Below are positions 48,377 through 59,321 of a DNA stretch of 64,000 nucleotides, piece after piece. The notes under the pieces were generated by a model that worked only from the letters and a program-made list of their open reading frames with translations, searched no databases and had not been told where the DNA came from. The position numbers were made by a program, and so were the translations under genes. Source of the DNA: Roseovarius sp. (GTDB lineage Bacteria > Pseudomonadota > Alphaproteobacteria > Rhodobacterales > Rhodobacteraceae). The stretch lies in assembly GCF_048264965.1 (NCBI RefSeq), contig NZ_JBLXCN010000013.1. One strand, written 5' to 3'. Each line of letters begins with the position of its first letter. The first letter of the stretch is position 1.

Positions 48377-49510
48377 TCAGGCAAAGGCCGGGGTAAGCGC
48401 GCGGGCAAACCGGGCCTTCCAGAGCGCCTCTTCGTATTCGCCGGTCGCGGTGCTGTCATAGACCACGCCGCCACCCACGTTCAGCATGGCCTCGCCGCTC
48501 TCGACCATCAGCGTGCGAATGGCGACATTGAATTCGGCACGCCCGTCCGGGGCGGCCCAGCCCACGGACCCGCAATAGATCTCGCGCGGAGCCTGCTCCA
48601 GATCAGCCAGAATTTCCATCGCGCGCAGTTTCGGCGCACCGGTGATCGACCCACAGGGAAACAGCGCCGTGAATATGTCCGACAGCCCGGTGTCGGGCTT
48701 CATCTGCGCGGTGATAAGCGAGGTCATCTGATGCACGGTCTCAAAGCTTTCGACCGAGAAAAGTTCGGGGACAGTTACCGTGCCGGGCATGCTGACGCGC
48801 GAGATGTCATTGCGCAACAGATCGACGATCATGAGGTTCTCGGCGCGGTTCTTGGAATCGCTTTGCAGGAAAAAGCGGCGGCGGGCATCCTCGGTCGGGT
48901 CCGCACTTCGGGGCTGCGTGCCCTTCATCGGGCGGGTTTCGATCCGCCCGTCGGCATGGGTGCGAAAGAAAAGCTCGGGCGAGCGGCACAGGATCGCGGG
49001 GCCGGTGTCGTCCTCGACCAGCGCGCCATGGCGCACCGGCTGAACCGATTGCAGGGCGCCATAAAGCGCGCCCGCCCCGCCGGTCGCCGACATGCGAATG
49101 GGAAAGGTCAGGTTGGCCTGATATATATCGCCCGCGCAGATATAGTCGTGCACCACTTGAAAGGCACGGGCATAACGCGCAGCGTCCCAACCGGGGCGCA
49201 AATCGCCAAGCCCGGCCTTGCCCGCGGGCAATACCCCGGCGACCGACGGCGCGCCGTAAACCCCGAATTGCAGCAATGGCAGGCGGCGGTCGCTCGGCAG
49301 CAGTGGCAAAAGGCGCGGCTCAAGCGCAAAGCCAAGCTCGTAACTGGCATAGCCCGCAAGCCAGAACCCCTCTGCCCGCGCGGCATCAAGCGCGGCAAGT
49401 GCGGCCGGCACCTCGGCCGGGTCATTGGCCACGATCCGACGCTCCGCCTGCGCGAACTGACAGGCGCCGCCCATAGGCCCATGATCGAAACGAATCTGCA
49501 CTCTGCGCAT
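48377..49510 (-). CDS. Aminodeoxychorismate synthase component I-like (PabB/TrpE chorismate-binding domain)
   Basis: GDIYQANL, SPELFF, RPMKGT, KNRAENLMIVDLLRND, PCGSITGAPK, FNVAIRT. Confidence 0.88.
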   Translation of the reverse strand: MRRVQIRFDHGPMGGACQFAQAERRIVANDPAEVPAALAALDAARAEGFWLAGYASYELGFALEPRLLPLLPSDRRLPLLQFGVYGAPSVAGVLPAGKAGLGDLRPGWDAARYARAFQVVHDYICAGDIYQANLTFPIRMSATGGAGALYGALQSVQPVRHGALVEDDTGPAILCRSPELFFRTHADGRIETRPMKGTQPRSADPTEDARRRFFLQSDSKNRAENLMIVDLLRNDISRVSMPGTVTVPELFSVESFETVHQMTSLITAQMKPDTGLSDIFTALFPCGSITGAPKLRAMEILADLEQAPREIYCGSVGWAAPDGRAEFNVAIRTLMVESGEAMLNVGGGVVYDSTATGEYEEALWKARFARALTPAFA

Positions 49511-49767
49511 CCCCTGGCTGGTGCTGGGGTATTTAGGCCCCCCGAGGTCAAAACACACCCTCAAAAGCGTCGGTTTGCCTTGGTTTTGCGGTCAGCGCCA
49601 CGCTTGACAAGATCGCCTTTTGCAAGGAACGCGGGTCACAAGGCCATTTTCAGGAGTGTATCATACCGGCTGGCCATTGTTCGCTGACATTTTCGGATGC
49701 CGGGCACCAGCCCGCCGTGAAAACCCGAGCATCCCCGGGGATTCGCCTATACAGGGCGTATCAGCCC

Positions 49768-49795
49768 TTGCACCCCGCCGGATCATGGATATAAC
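49768..49795 (+). promoter_or_regulatory. Sigma70 promoter of carB
   Basis: TTGCAC-16 nt-TATAAC about 64 nt before the ATG. Confidence 0.55.
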
Positions 49796-49858
49796 CCGCA
49801 CCAATTTGCGCGCGCAGGCAGGCCACTGCCTGCTCCCATTTAGCTGCCCGGGGGCCCC

Positions 49859-52800
49859 ATGCCAAAAAGAACCGATATCTCGTCCATCATGATCATCGGA
49901 GCGGGGCCTATCATCATCGGTCAGGCCTGCGAATTCGACTATTCCGGCGCACAGGCCTGCAAGGCCCTGCGCGAAGAAGGATACCGCGTTATCCTCGTCA
50001 ACTCGAACCCGGCCACGATCATGACCGACCCCGAATTGGCCGATGCCACCTATATCGAGCCGATCACCCCCGAGACCATCGCCAAGATCATCGAGAAAGA
50101 GCGCCCAGATGCCTTGCTGCCGACGATGGGCGGACAGACCGGGTTGAACACCGCACTGGCCGTGGCCGACATGGGCGTGCTTGAGAAATTCGGTGTCGAA
50201 CTTATCGGCGCCAACCGCGAAGCCATCGAAATGGCCGAGGACCGCAAGCTTTTCCGCGAGGCGATGGACCGGCTTGGCATCGAGAACCCCAAGGCGACGA
50301 TTGCCAACACCATCGAAGAATGCATGGCCGCGATTGAATATGTTGGCCTGCCCGCGATCATCCGTCCCGCCTTTACCCTTGGCGGCACCGGCGGCGGCGT
50401 GGCCTATAACCGCGACGATTACGAGCATTTCTGCAAGACCGGACTTGATGCCTCGCCCGTCAACCAGATCCTGATCGACGAGTCGCTTCTTGGCTGGAAA
50501 GAGTTCGAGATGGAGGTCGTGCGCGACAAGGCGGACAATGCCATCATCGTCTGTGCCATCGAAAACGTCGATCCGATGGGCGTGCATACCGGCGATTCGA
50601 TCACCGTGGCGCCTGCCCTGACACTGACCGACAAGGAATATCAGATCATGCGCAACGGTTCTATTGCCGTGCTGCGCGAGATCGGGGTCGAAACCGGCGG
50701 GTCCAACGTGCAATGGGCCGTAAACCCCGCCGATGGCCGGATGGTCGTAATCGAAATGAACCCACGGGTTTCGCGGTCTTCCGCGCTGGCGTCAAAGGCG
50801 ACGGGTTTTCCGATTGCCAAGATCGCCGCGAAGCTGGCCGTCGGCTATACTCTGGACGAGCTCGACAATGACATCACCAAGGTAACACCCGCGAGCTTTG
50901 AGCCGACGATCGACTATGTCGTCACCAAGATCCCGCGCTTTGCCTTTGAGAAATTCGCCGGCGCCAAGCCGCATCTGACCACCGCGATGAAATCGGTGGG
51001 CGAAGCGATGGCGATTGGCCGCACGATCCACGAAAGCCTGCAAAAGGCGCTGGCCAGCATGGAAACCGGGCTTACCGGGTTCGACGAGGTGGTGATCGAG
51101 GGGGCGACAGACGCAACTTCTGGCAAGGCTGCCGTGATCAAGGCGATCAGCCAGGCCACCCCCGACCGGATGCGCACGATTGCGCAGGCGATGCGCCACG
51201 GTCTTACCGATGACGAGATCAACGCCGCTACCGCGTTTGATCCGTGGTTCCTGGCCCGGATCCGCGAAATCGTCGAGGCCGAAGAACAGATTCGCCGCGA
51301 TGGCCTGCCGGTCACCGAGGACGGATTGCGCGCCCTCAAGATGCTTGGTTTCACCGATGCCCGCCTTGCCATTCTGACGGGTCGCGATGAAGGTCAGGTG
51401 CGCCGTGCGCGCCAAAATCTCGGGGTGCGGGCCGTGTTCAAGCGGATCGACACCTGCGCCGCCGAATTCGAGGCCCAGACCCCTTATATGTATTCCACCT
51501 ACGAATCGCCGATGATGGACGAGGTGGAATGTGAATCGCGCCCGACCGACCGCAAGAAGGTCGTCATTCTGGGCGGTGGCCCGAACCGGATCGGTCAGGG
51601 AATCGAGTTTGATTACTGCTGCTGCCATGCCTGTTTCGCCCTGACCAAGGCCGGGTATGAAACGATCATGATCAACTGTAACCCCGAAACGGTTTCGACC
51701 GATTACGACACCTCGGACCGGTTGTATTTCGAGCCGCTGACATTCGAGCATGTCATGGAAATCCTGAGCACCGAACAACAAAACGGCAGCCTGCATGGCG
51801 TGATCGTTCAGTTCGGCGGCCAAACCCCGCTCAAGCTTGCCCGCGCGCTTGAGGCCGAAGGCATTCCGATCCTCGGCACCACGCCGGACGCGATTGACCT
51901 TGCCGAAGATCGCGAGCGTTTTCAGGATCTTGTCAACAAGCTTGGCCTGAAACAGCCGCATAACGGGATTGCGAGCACCGACGAACAGGCGCTTGCGATT
52001 GCCGAGGATATCGGCTTTCCGCTGGTGATCCGCCCCTCTTATGTCCTGGGTGGCCGTGCGATGGAGATCGTGCGCGACATGGCCCATCTGGAACGCTACA
52101 TCGCCGAGGCGGTGGTGGTCTCGGGCGACAGCCCGGTGTTGCTTGACAGCTATCTGTCGGGCGCGATCGAATGCGATGTGGACGCGCTTTGCGACGGGGA
52201 AACCGTGCATGTGGCCGGCATCATGCAGCATATCGAAGAGGCCGGCGTGCACTCGGGCGACAGTGCCTGTTCGCTGCCGCCTTATTCGCTGAGCGACGAA
52301 GTGATAGCACGAATCAAAGTACAGACCGAGGCGCTTGCTCTGGCGCTGAACGTGGTCGGCCTGATGAACGTGCAATTTGCCGTCAAGGGCGACGATATCT
52401 ACCTGATCGAGGTAAACCCGCGTGCAAGCCGCACGGTGCCCTTCGTGGCCAAGGCCACCGACAGCGCGATTGCGTCGATTGCGGCACGGCTTATGGCCGG
52501 TGAGAAAATGGCGGCCTTCCCGAACCGTGGCCCCTATCCCAAGGACACCAAGCCCGGCACCCTGCCGATGGCCGACCAGATGACGCTGGCCGATCCCAAC
52601 ATGCCGTGGTTCTCGGTGAAAGAGGCGGTTCTGCCCTTCGCGCGGTTCCCCGGTGTGGATACGATCCTTGGCCCCGAGATGCGTTCGACCGGCGAGGTGA
52701 TGGGATGGGATGTGTCCTTCCCGCGCGCCTTCCTCAAGGCTCAGATGGGTGCCGGTGTGGACCTGCCCGACAGCGGCAATGTGTTCATCTCGATCAAGGA

Positions 52801-53170
52801 CACCGACAAGACGCCGCAAGTGATCGAGGCCGCCCGCGTGCTGGTCGATCTTGGCTTTGGCCTCGTTGCGACACGCGGCACAGCTGCCTTCCTGCAAGAG
52901 CAGGACATCAGCTGCGAGGTGGTCAACAAGGTCTACGAAGGTCGCCCCAATATCGTCGACATGCTGAAAGACGGGGAAATCGCGCTTGTGATGAACACCA
53001 CCGAAGGGACGCAAGCGGTCGAAGACAGCCGCGAAATCCGCTCGGTCGCGCTTTATGACAAGATTCCCTACTTCACCACCGCCGCCGGGTCACACGCCGC
53101 CGCATTGGCGATCAAGGCCCGCCAGGAAGGCGAATTAAAAGTGATGCCGTTGCAAGGCAGCAACAGCTGA
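49859..53170 (+). CDS. carB: Carbamoyl-phosphate synthase large subunit
   Basis: [17 protein letters not shown], two ATP-grasp halves, [13 protein letters not shown] domain. Confidence 0.99.
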   Translation: MPKRTDISSIMIIGAGPIIIGQACEFDYSGAQACKALREEGYRVILVNSNPATIMTDPELADATYIEPITPETIAKIIEKERPDALLPTMGGQTGLNTALAVADMGVLEKFGVELIGANREAIEMAEDRKLFREAMDRLGIENPKATIANTIEECMAAIEYVGLPAIIRPAFTLGGTGGGVAYNRDDYEHFCKTGLDASPVNQILIDESLLGWKEFEMEVVRDKADNAIIVCAIENVDPMGVHTGDSITVAPALTLTDKEYQIMRNGSIAVLREIGVETGGSNVQWAVNPADGRMVVIEMNPRVSRSSALASKATGFPIAKIAAKLAVGYTLDELDNDITKVTPASFEPTIDYVVTKIPRFAFEKFAGAKPHLTTAMKSVGEAMAIGRTIHESLQKALASMETGLTGFDEVVIEGATDATSGKAAVIKAISQATPDRMRTIAQAMRHGLTDDEINAATAFDPWFLARIREIVEAEEQIRRDGLPVTEDGLRALKMLGFTDARLAILTGRDEGQVRRARQNLGVRAVFKRIDTCAAEFEAQTPYMYSTYESPMMDEVECESRPTDRKKVVILGGGPNRIGQGIEFDYCCCHACFALTKAGYETIMINCNPETVSTDYDTSDRLYFEPLTFEHVMEILSTEQQNGSLHGVIVQFGGQTPLKLARALEAEGIPILGTTPDAIDLAEDRERFQDLVNKLGLKQPHNGIASTDEQALAIAEDIGFPLVIRPSYVLGGRAMEIVRDMAHLERYIAEAVVVSGDSPVLLDSYLSGAIECDVDALCDGETVHVAGIMQHIEEAGVHSGDSACSLPPYSLSDEVIARIKVQTEALALALNVVGLMNVQFAVKGDDIYLIEVNPRASRTVPFVAKATDSAIASIAARLMAGEKMAAFPNRGPYPKDTKPGTLPMADQMTLADPNMPWFSVKEAVLPFARFPGVDTILGPEMRSTGEVMGWDVSFPRAFLKAQMGAGVDLPDSGNVFISIKDTDKTPQVIEAARVLVDLGFGLVATRGTAAFLQEQDISCEVVNKVYEGRPNIVDMLKDGEIALVMNTTEGTQAVEDSREIRSVALYDKIPYFTTAAGSHAAALAIKARQEGELKVMPLQGSNS

Positions 53171-53391
53171 TTTTTCGGCGCGGGCCGACAAGGGCCTGCG
53201 CCGCGTCAATTCTGTCGTTTTTCGATCTCGTTTCGGCGACTCTGGGCGCCATGCGTCATGCGCCTAGCCGTGTTGCGCAAACTGCATGAATTTTATCCAC
53301 TTTACCCATTGCGTGATGTGAAATTTCGCATATGTGCTGGTCACAGACGAAACATAGACTTTGATCGCAACACCAAGGATGGAGGCCAAAC

Positions 53392-53511
53392 ATGACCCGT
53401 GATGAACTGAACCGCGAATTGCGTATGCATAGTGCCACCTGGCCTGCCGTGCTGATCGTCTATGGAATGATCGTCGGCACCATGGCCCTGTCGGCAATGG
53501 CGATCCTCTGA
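53392..53511 (+). CDS. Putative 39-aa single-pass membrane peptide; absent from the ORF track
   Basis: GGAGG RBS 7 nt before ATG; MTRDELNRELRMHSATWPAVLIVYGMIVGTMALSAMAIL; codons mostly end in G/C. Confidence 0.65.
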   Translation: MTRDELNRELRMHSATWPAVLIVYGMIVGTMALSAMAIL

Positions 53512-53609
53512 TCGCGCGACACGCGCTTTTCAAAACCTGTTGAAATGCGAAATGGCGGTGGGTTTCCCCATCCGCCATTTCACTTTTTGCGCGCCACGGG
53601 GCGCCTGGC

Positions 53610-55295
53610 CTAGGTGGTGCTGATCTTTTTGTCGTTTGGATCAATCCGGGCCGCCGCCGCATCACCGACATTGTCAATGCCGCGCTCTTCAAGCAGCGTG
53701 GTAAGCCAGTTCGGGTCCATCTCGGGGACCGAACTAAGCAGCAGGTCGGTATAGGGATGGTGGGGCGGCGTGAACATGTCGTCCTTGGGCCCCTGTTCGA
53801 CCACCTTGCCGTGCTGCATCACCACCACCTCATCCGCGATGGAGCGGACCGTGGCCAAATCGTGGGTGATGAACATATAGGCCAGGTTAAGCTCGTCCTG
53901 AAGCCGGTCAAGCAGGCGCAGGATACCCTCGGCCACCAGCTGATCGAGCGCCGAGGTGACCTCGTCGCAGACGATAAAGCTGGGCTCGGCCGCAAGCGCA
54001 CGGGCAATACCGATCCTCTGTTTCTGCCCACCGGAAAGTTCGGGCGGATAGCGGTTGTAATACTGCGATGGCTCAAGCTCGATCAGGTCAAGCAATTCAT
54101 CCACCCGGTTCTTGAGCTTGGCACCCTTAAGACCCGAATAGAAGGCCGCCGGCCGACCGATAATTTCCGAAATCCGCACCTTGGGATTTAGCGCCGTATC
54201 GGCCATCTGATAGATCATCTGACACTGGCGGAGCTGATCCTTGGTCCGGTCACGGTAATCCGGCGGGAACGGCTCGCCCCGAAACAGGATTTGGCCCTTG
54301 GAGGGCGGCAAAAGCCCGGTGATACAACGCGCCGTGGTCGACTTGCCCGACCCGGATTCGCCGACGACCGCAACTGTCATGCCCTCGTAGATATCAAAGC
54401 TGACATCATCCAGAACCTTGTCGCCGCCGGTATAGGAGGCATCAACATGCTGCACCGAAATCAGCGGAACACCATCCTTGGGGCGGTACTTCTGCGGGCT
54501 TTCAAAGCTGCGCACGGCCCAGAGGGATTTGGTGTATTCCTCTTGCGGGTTGTCCAGCATCTCTTTGGTCGAGGCCTCTTCGACCTCTTCGCCCTTGAGC
54601 AGCACCTTGATCGTGTCGGCCATTTGCGCCACCACCGCCAAGTCGTGGGTAATATAGATCGCGGCGGTGTTGTATTCCTCGACGATATCCCGGATCGCGG
54701 CCAAAACCTCGATCTGAGTGGTCACATCAAGCGCCGTGGTCGGCTCGTCAAAGATGATCAGGTCGGGGCGACAGGACATTGCCATCGCCGTCATTGCGCG
54801 CTGCAACTGTCCGCCAGAGACCTGATGAGGATAGCGAAAGCCGATCTCATGAGGGTTCGGCAGCCGCAGCTTTTCATAAAGCTCCATCGCATCCTCTTGC
54901 GCCTCGACCCGCTTTTTAAGGCGGTATTGCAGGGGCGCTTCGGTATGCTGGTCGATGATCTTGTGGGCCGGGTTGAACGAGGCCGCCGCCGATTGCGCCA
55001 CATAGGCGATCCGAGAGCCGCGCAATGCGCGCCGCTCGGATTCGGACGCGGTGGTAAGCTCCATCCCGTCGAACTCGATCGAACCGTTCGAGATCCGCGT
55101 GCCATCGCGCGCATAGCCCATACAGGCCGCCCCGATCGTCGATTTCCCGGCACCGGACTCACCGATAAGGCCCATGACCTCGCCGCGGTGCAGGGTCAGG
55201 TCGACCCCCTTGATGATATCGACCCAGCTTTCATCGGAGTAGCCCTGGATTTTCAGGTCCCTGATTTTCAGAAGAACGTCTTTTTTCTTTATCAT
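53610..55295 (-). CDS. Dpp/Opp-family ABC ATP-binding protein (fused duplicate NBDs)
   Basis: Two GESGxGKS Walker A motifs, two SGGQ signatures, DEPTT/DEVTS. Confidence 0.93.
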   Translation of the reverse strand: MIKKKDVLLKIRDLKIQGYSDESWVDIIKGVDLTLHRGEVMGLIGESGAGKSTIGAACMGYARDGTRISNGSIEFDGMELTTASESERRALRGSRIAYVAQSAAASFNPAHKIIDQHTEAPLQYRLKKRVEAQEDAMELYEKLRLPNPHEIGFRYPHQVSGGQLQRAMTAMAMSCRPDLIIFDEPTTALDVTTQIEVLAAIRDIVEEYNTAAIYITHDLAVVAQMADTIKVLLKGEEVEEASTKEMLDNPQEEYTKSLWAVRSFESPQKYRPKDGVPLISVQHVDASYTGGDKVLDDVSFDIYEGMTVAVVGESGSGKSTTARCITGLLPPSKGQILFRGEPFPPDYRDRTKDQLRQCQMIYQMADTALNPKVRISEIIGRPAAFYSGLKGAKLKNRVDELLDLIELEPSQYYNRYPPELSGGQKQRIGIARALAAEPSFIVCDEVTSALDQLVAEGILRLLDRLQDELNLAYMFITHDLATVRSIADEVVVMQHGKVVEQGPKDDMFTPPHHPYTDLLLSSVPEMDPNWLTTLLEERGIDNVGDAAAARIDPNDKKISTT

Positions 55296-55301
55296 ATCCG
55301 A

Positions 55302-56540
55302 TTACCCTTTCAGGCCAGAGGAGCGATGAAGCATCCAGTCGACCACAAAGTTGATCGCAACTGTCAACAGGGCGATGGCACCCGCCGGAATAAGCGGTGT
55401 GACATCACCGAACGAGATCAGCGTCGCATTCTCGCGCACCATTGATCCCCAGTCCGCGGTCGGCGGCTGAATGCCAAGGCCAAGGAACGACAGGCCGGCA
55501 ATGAGAAGGAACACGAAACAGAATTCCAGCCCGAATTCGGCCACCAGAGGCGCGGTTGAATTGGGCAGGATTTCCCGCCGGATAAGGTACCAGGTGCGTT
55601 CCCCGCGAAGTTTTGCGGCCTCGATATAGTCCATGACAACCACGTTGCCCGCAACCGCCCGCGTCAGGCGGAACACCCGCGGGCTATAGATCACGGCGAC
55701 CACAAGGACCAGGATGATCTCGGAGGGGTTGAAGATCGACAGCATGCCGACAGCAAAGGCCATCGAAACCCCGGCCAGAACGGCAAGGCCGATGATCCAG
55801 CCGATGAGGCTTCGCTCTGAAACCGCCTTCACCACCAACAGGCCGGTTACCCCGGCAAAGACGGTCAGCAGGATGAAACTTGTCGTGTTGTTGGCAAGTT
55901 CGCCCCCAAAGATCGACAGCATCAAAAGCGCGAAAATCAGCGAGGGGATCGACATGATCACATCCGAGGTGCGCGCAAGAAGCTGGTCGAACCAGCCGCC
56001 GGTGGTCGCCGCCAAAAGCCCGGCAAGTGCGCCTAGGAGAAAGGCCATGACCGTCCCTGCCAGAGCAAGGGCAACCGTGTTGCGCGCGCCAAAGATGACC
56101 CGGCTGAACATATCGCGGCCAAGCTGGTCCGCCCCCAGAAGCATGGTTTCATCCGGCGGCGCAAAGGCCGAGGAAATGATCTGTGCCTCGCCGAATGGCG
56201 CGATCCAGGGTGCGAAGATACCGGCGATGGCATAGGTGAAGATGACGAACATCCCGAACCCTGCCGTCAGCGGCGCGGTGCGCAATTCCTTGGCCAGATT
56301 GGTTGGCGCGATGGCCACCAGAAACTCGCGGAAGGCATAGGCCACCATCGCCGAGAGTGCCAGAAGCCCCGCACAGGTCGCAACCACCCGCAAGGCGCCG
56401 ACCCCGCCGACAATACCCAGAATGAACGAGATCAAAGTCAGCGAGAACAGCAACAGAAAAGCCGAGCGCTTGTTGTAAAACGCCGCCAAACAAGAGCCAC
56501 CCAGAAGCAGAGTGTAGTAGATAATGACGAAAACATTCAT
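55302..56540 (-). CDS. DppC/OppC-like permease with extra TM segments
   Basis: LLGADQLGRDMFSRV, YIEAAKLRGE, LSFLGLGIQPPTADWG; 412 aa. Confidence 0.9.
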   Translation of the reverse strand: MNVFVIIYYTLLLGGSCLAAFYNKRSAFLLLFSLTLISFILGIVGGVGALRVVATCAGLLALSAMVAYAFREFLVAIAPTNLAKELRTAPLTAGFGMFVIFTYAIAGIFAPWIAPFGEAQIISSAFAPPDETMLLGADQLGRDMFSRVIFGARNTVALALAGTVMAFLLGALAGLLAATTGGWFDQLLARTSDVIMSIPSLIFALLMLSIFGGELANNTTSFILLTVFAGVTGLLVVKAVSERSLIGWIIGLAVLAGVSMAFAVGMLSIFNPSEIILVLVVAVIYSPRVFRLTRAVAGNVVVMDYIEAAKLRGERTWYLIRREILPNSTAPLVAEFGLEFCFVFLLIAGLSFLGLGIQPPTADWGSMVRENATLISFGDVTPLIPAGAIALLTVAINFVVDWMLHRSSGLKG

Positions 56541-56552
56541 GTCTCTGCCCCC

Positions 56553-57509
56553 TTATTTCGGATGACGCAGGCGCGGGTTGGTCAGGATAGCCCCGACATC
56601 CGCTGCAAGGTTAAGAAGGATAAACGTCGCCGCAAAGATCAGACAGCAGGCCTGAACCACGGGGAAGTCACGCTTTGACACCGCATCGACAAGCGCCTGA
56701 CCGATACCGGGATAGACAAAGACCACCTCGACAAGCACCACGCCGGTGATGAGATAGGCAAGGTTCAGCGCGACCACATTGATAATCGGCGCCCAGGCGT
56801 TGGGAAGCGCGTGCTTCACAATCACCTTCCAGGGCGGTGTGCCCTTGAGGCGCGCCATCTCGATATAGGGCGAAGCCAGAAGATTGATAATCGCCGCTCG
56901 GGTCATACGCATCATATGCGCCGTCACCACAAGCACCAGCGTCAGCGCCGGCAGGAAGGTCCGGTGCAGGAGATCACCCAGGTTCATGTCGTTGCTCAGG
57001 CTGGAAATGGCCGGAAACATGCCCGTTTTGACCGCCAGATAGAGAATAAGGATATAGCCCAGGAAGAATTCAGGGCTTGAGATCGAGGTGAGCGTGAGAA
57101 CGTTGACAACCCGGTCAAAGATCGAGTTGCGCAAAAGCGCCACAAGCACACCAAGAACAATCGAGATCGGCACCGCGATAACGGCCGCATAGGCGGCCAG
57201 GAAAAGCGTATTCGCAAAGCGTGCGCTGATCGTATTGACAACGCTTTCGCCGGTGACGATCGAATTGCCAAAGTCGAACATGACCGCGTTGGTGAGCCAA
57301 TCAAAATACCGCACAAGTGCGGGCTGGTCCAACCCCATTTCCTTGCGCAAAGCGGCAAGGTTTTCAGGTGTTGCGCCCTGTCCAAGAACCGCCTGGGCGA
57401 TGTCGCCCGGCAGCAATTCGACCATGAAGAAGATAATTGCCGAAATAATCAGCAAAATCCCCAATCCTAATCCAAGCCGTTTTGCAACGAGCCTTAGAAT
57501 ATCTCCCAT
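56553..57509 (-). CDS. DppB/OppB-like permease
   Basis: LPGDIAQAVLG, YIEMARLKG, HALPNA, RDFPVVQ. Confidence 0.93.
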   Translation of the reverse strand: MGDILRLVAKRLGLGLGILLIISAIIFFMVELLPGDIAQAVLGQGATPENLAALRKEMGLDQPALVRYFDWLTNAVMFDFGNSIVTGESVVNTISARFANTLFLAAYAAVIAVPISIVLGVLVALLRNSIFDRVVNVLTLTSISSPEFFLGYILILYLAVKTGMFPAISSLSNDMNLGDLLHRTFLPALTLVLVVTAHMMRMTRAAIINLLASPYIEMARLKGTPPWKVIVKHALPNAWAPIINVVALNLAYLITGVVLVEVVFVYPGIGQALVDAVSKRDFPVVQACCLIFAATFILLNLAADVGAILTNPRLRHPK

Positions 57510-57670
57510 CAGTCCCTCCTGCTGTCTGCTCTGGCATCCGATGTCTCATATGAGCACAGATTGCCGATCTGGCAGTCTAGTTTTTTGCTCTGACCGGATT
57601 TCAGTCGCACCCGGTTCTGGCTTGTGGCTCCGACGCAGTTTGGGAAATCAATTAGATGCGCCGAAGCATT

Positions 57671-57700
57671 GAAAACCCGGCGCCATAGACGCCGGGTTTC
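57671..57700 (-). terminator. Terminator/stabilising hairpin after the substrate-binding protein gene
   Basis: Minus strand GAAACCCGGCG-tctatgg-CGCCGGGTTTTC. Confidence 0.65.
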
Positions 57701-57710
57701 GGTCGTGCGT

Positions 57711-59321
57711 TTAGCCTTCGAACCACCAGCGGCTGGCGTAACGATAGCCATCCATCTGCCATGCCGGCGACAGGCTTCCGGTATGTTTGACATTGCTGCG
57801 GCGGGCATAAACGAAGTTGGGGAAATACGGGATCACCGTACCGCCATCATCGCGCGCAAGCATGCCCATCTCGTGATAGATTTCCATGCGCTTGGCATTG
57901 TCCAGCTCGGCCTTGCCTTGCAACAACAGTTCGTTGAAGCGCTCGTTTTGCCAATGCGATTCATTCCAGGCCGCATCGGATTTATACGCCAGGCTGTACA
58001 TCACATCGGGCGTCGGGCGTGCGCCCCAGGTCACCATGCACCAGGGCTTGACCAGCCAAACATCGGACCAGTAGCCATCGTTCGGCTCGCGCACGACCTT
58101 GATGTTGATCCCCGCGGCCTTGGCATGCTCGGAATAGAGGATAGCCGCATCGACCGCGCCTGTGGTGATCGAATCCGCGGTGCTCAGGTTGACGGTCAAC
58201 CCTTCCGCACCGGCCTTTTTCAGCAGGGATTTCGCCTTTTCCGGGTCATATTCACGCTGCGGGATCGCCTCGGGGAAATAGGGCATGGCGGGCGAATGAT
58301 GGAAATCATTGCCGATGGTCGCCGCCCCGAATGTGATCTTGTCGACAAGTTCCTGACGGTTGATCGACAGTTTCAGCGCCATGCGCACATCCGGGTTGTC
58401 GAAGGGCGCTACATCACAATGCATCGGCATGGTAATCGCTTGTGCCGACGAGATGTTGTCGACCTCGATGTTGGGATCACGCGCCAAAAGCATCAGCGTC
58501 TTGTTCTCAAGCAGGCTGGCGGTATCGACGTCACCGGTCACCAGGGCGGTTTGCCGGGCGTTGGGATCGTTGATGACCAGAACCTCGACCTCGTCGAACC
58601 ACGCACCCTCGCCGTGCCAGTCCTCGTGCCGCACAAACCGCCCACCGACGCCGAATTCAAGCTCTGCCACCTTGTAGGGGCCGCAACCGATGCCCGATTG
58701 CCAGTCGGCCGTGCCATCCGCTTTGGCGGGCAAGACAGTCAGGTGATAGTCGGTCATCAGCCATGGCAAATCAGCATTCGGGCCGGCCAGTTTGAAGGTG
58801 ATGGAATGGTCGCCATTATCGACAATTTCGACCACATCGCCCAATAGCGACTTGGCCGCAGAGGTCGCGTCATCGCCGCGGTGATGGTTGATCGAGGCCA
58901 GGACATCCGCCGCCGTCACCTTGTTGCCGTTGTGGAACGTAGCGCGCTCGTCCAGAACGAATGTCCATTCCTTGGCATCAGGCGTTGCCGACCATTCCTT
59001 GGCCACATCCGGGCCAAGCGTGCCGTCGGCGTTGATCATCGTCAAATAGGCGCGCACCGTATGGCCATAGCCGATTTCAAAGTTCGACTGATATTTTCCC
59101 GGATCGTGCTGATCCGAGGTGTTGCCGTCATGCTGTGCCACCCGCAACGTGCCGCCGCGCTTGGGCGCTGCCTTGGCAGACGTGCCCCAAAGGCCGGTCG
59201 CCGCAGAGGCAGTGACACCTGCCGCCGCCGCATAATGCATAAACGACCGACGCGAGATCGTCCCGGCTCGGGCCGCATCAGCAAGCCGATCCATAAGGAC
59301 TTGGTCCTTGTTCTTTTTCAT
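57711..59321 (-). CDS. Tat-exported family 5 (DppA/OppA-like) substrate-binding protein
   Basis: SRRSFM twin-arginine motif, PKRGGTLR, GIGCGPY, PFDNPDVRMALK. Confidence 0.92.
   Translation of the reverse strand: MKKNKDQVLMDRLADAARAGTISRRSFMHYAAAAGVTASAATGLWGTSAKAAPKRGGTLRVAQHDGNTSDQHDPGKYQSNFEIGYGHTVRAYLTMINADGTLGPDVAKEWSATPDAKEWTFVLDERATFHNGNKVTAADVLASINHHRGDDATSAAKSLLGDVVEIVDNGDHSITFKLAGPNADLPWLMTDYHLTVLPAKADGTADWQSGIGCGPYKVAELEFGVGGRFVRHEDWHGEGAWFDEVEVLVINDPNARQTALVTGDVDTASLLENKTLMLLARDPNIEVDNISSAQAITMPMHCDVAPFDNPDVRMALKLSINRQELVDKITFGAATIGNDFHHSPAMPYFPEAIPQREYDPEKAKSLLKKAGAEGLTVNLSTADSITTGAVDAAILYSEHAKAAGINIKVVREPNDGYWSDVWLVKPWCMVTWGARPTPDVMYSLAYKSDAAWNESHWQNERFNELLLQGKAELDNAKRMEIYHEMGMLARDDGGTVIPYFPNFVYARRSNVKHTGSLSPAWQMDGYRYASRWWFEG

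Noticed and set aside
49570-49858. Possible riboswitch or attenuator upstream of carB
   Set aside because: Hairpins are present but match no aptamer I recognise; a plausible promoter at 49768-49795 leaves only a short leader
50792-53014. 740-aa ORF antisense to carB (similar ones over aspS 45054-46961, rplQ/rpoA 60979-62646, SBP 57624-58847)
   Set aside because: Antisense frames stay open because of codon bias in highly expressed genes; no protein family signal
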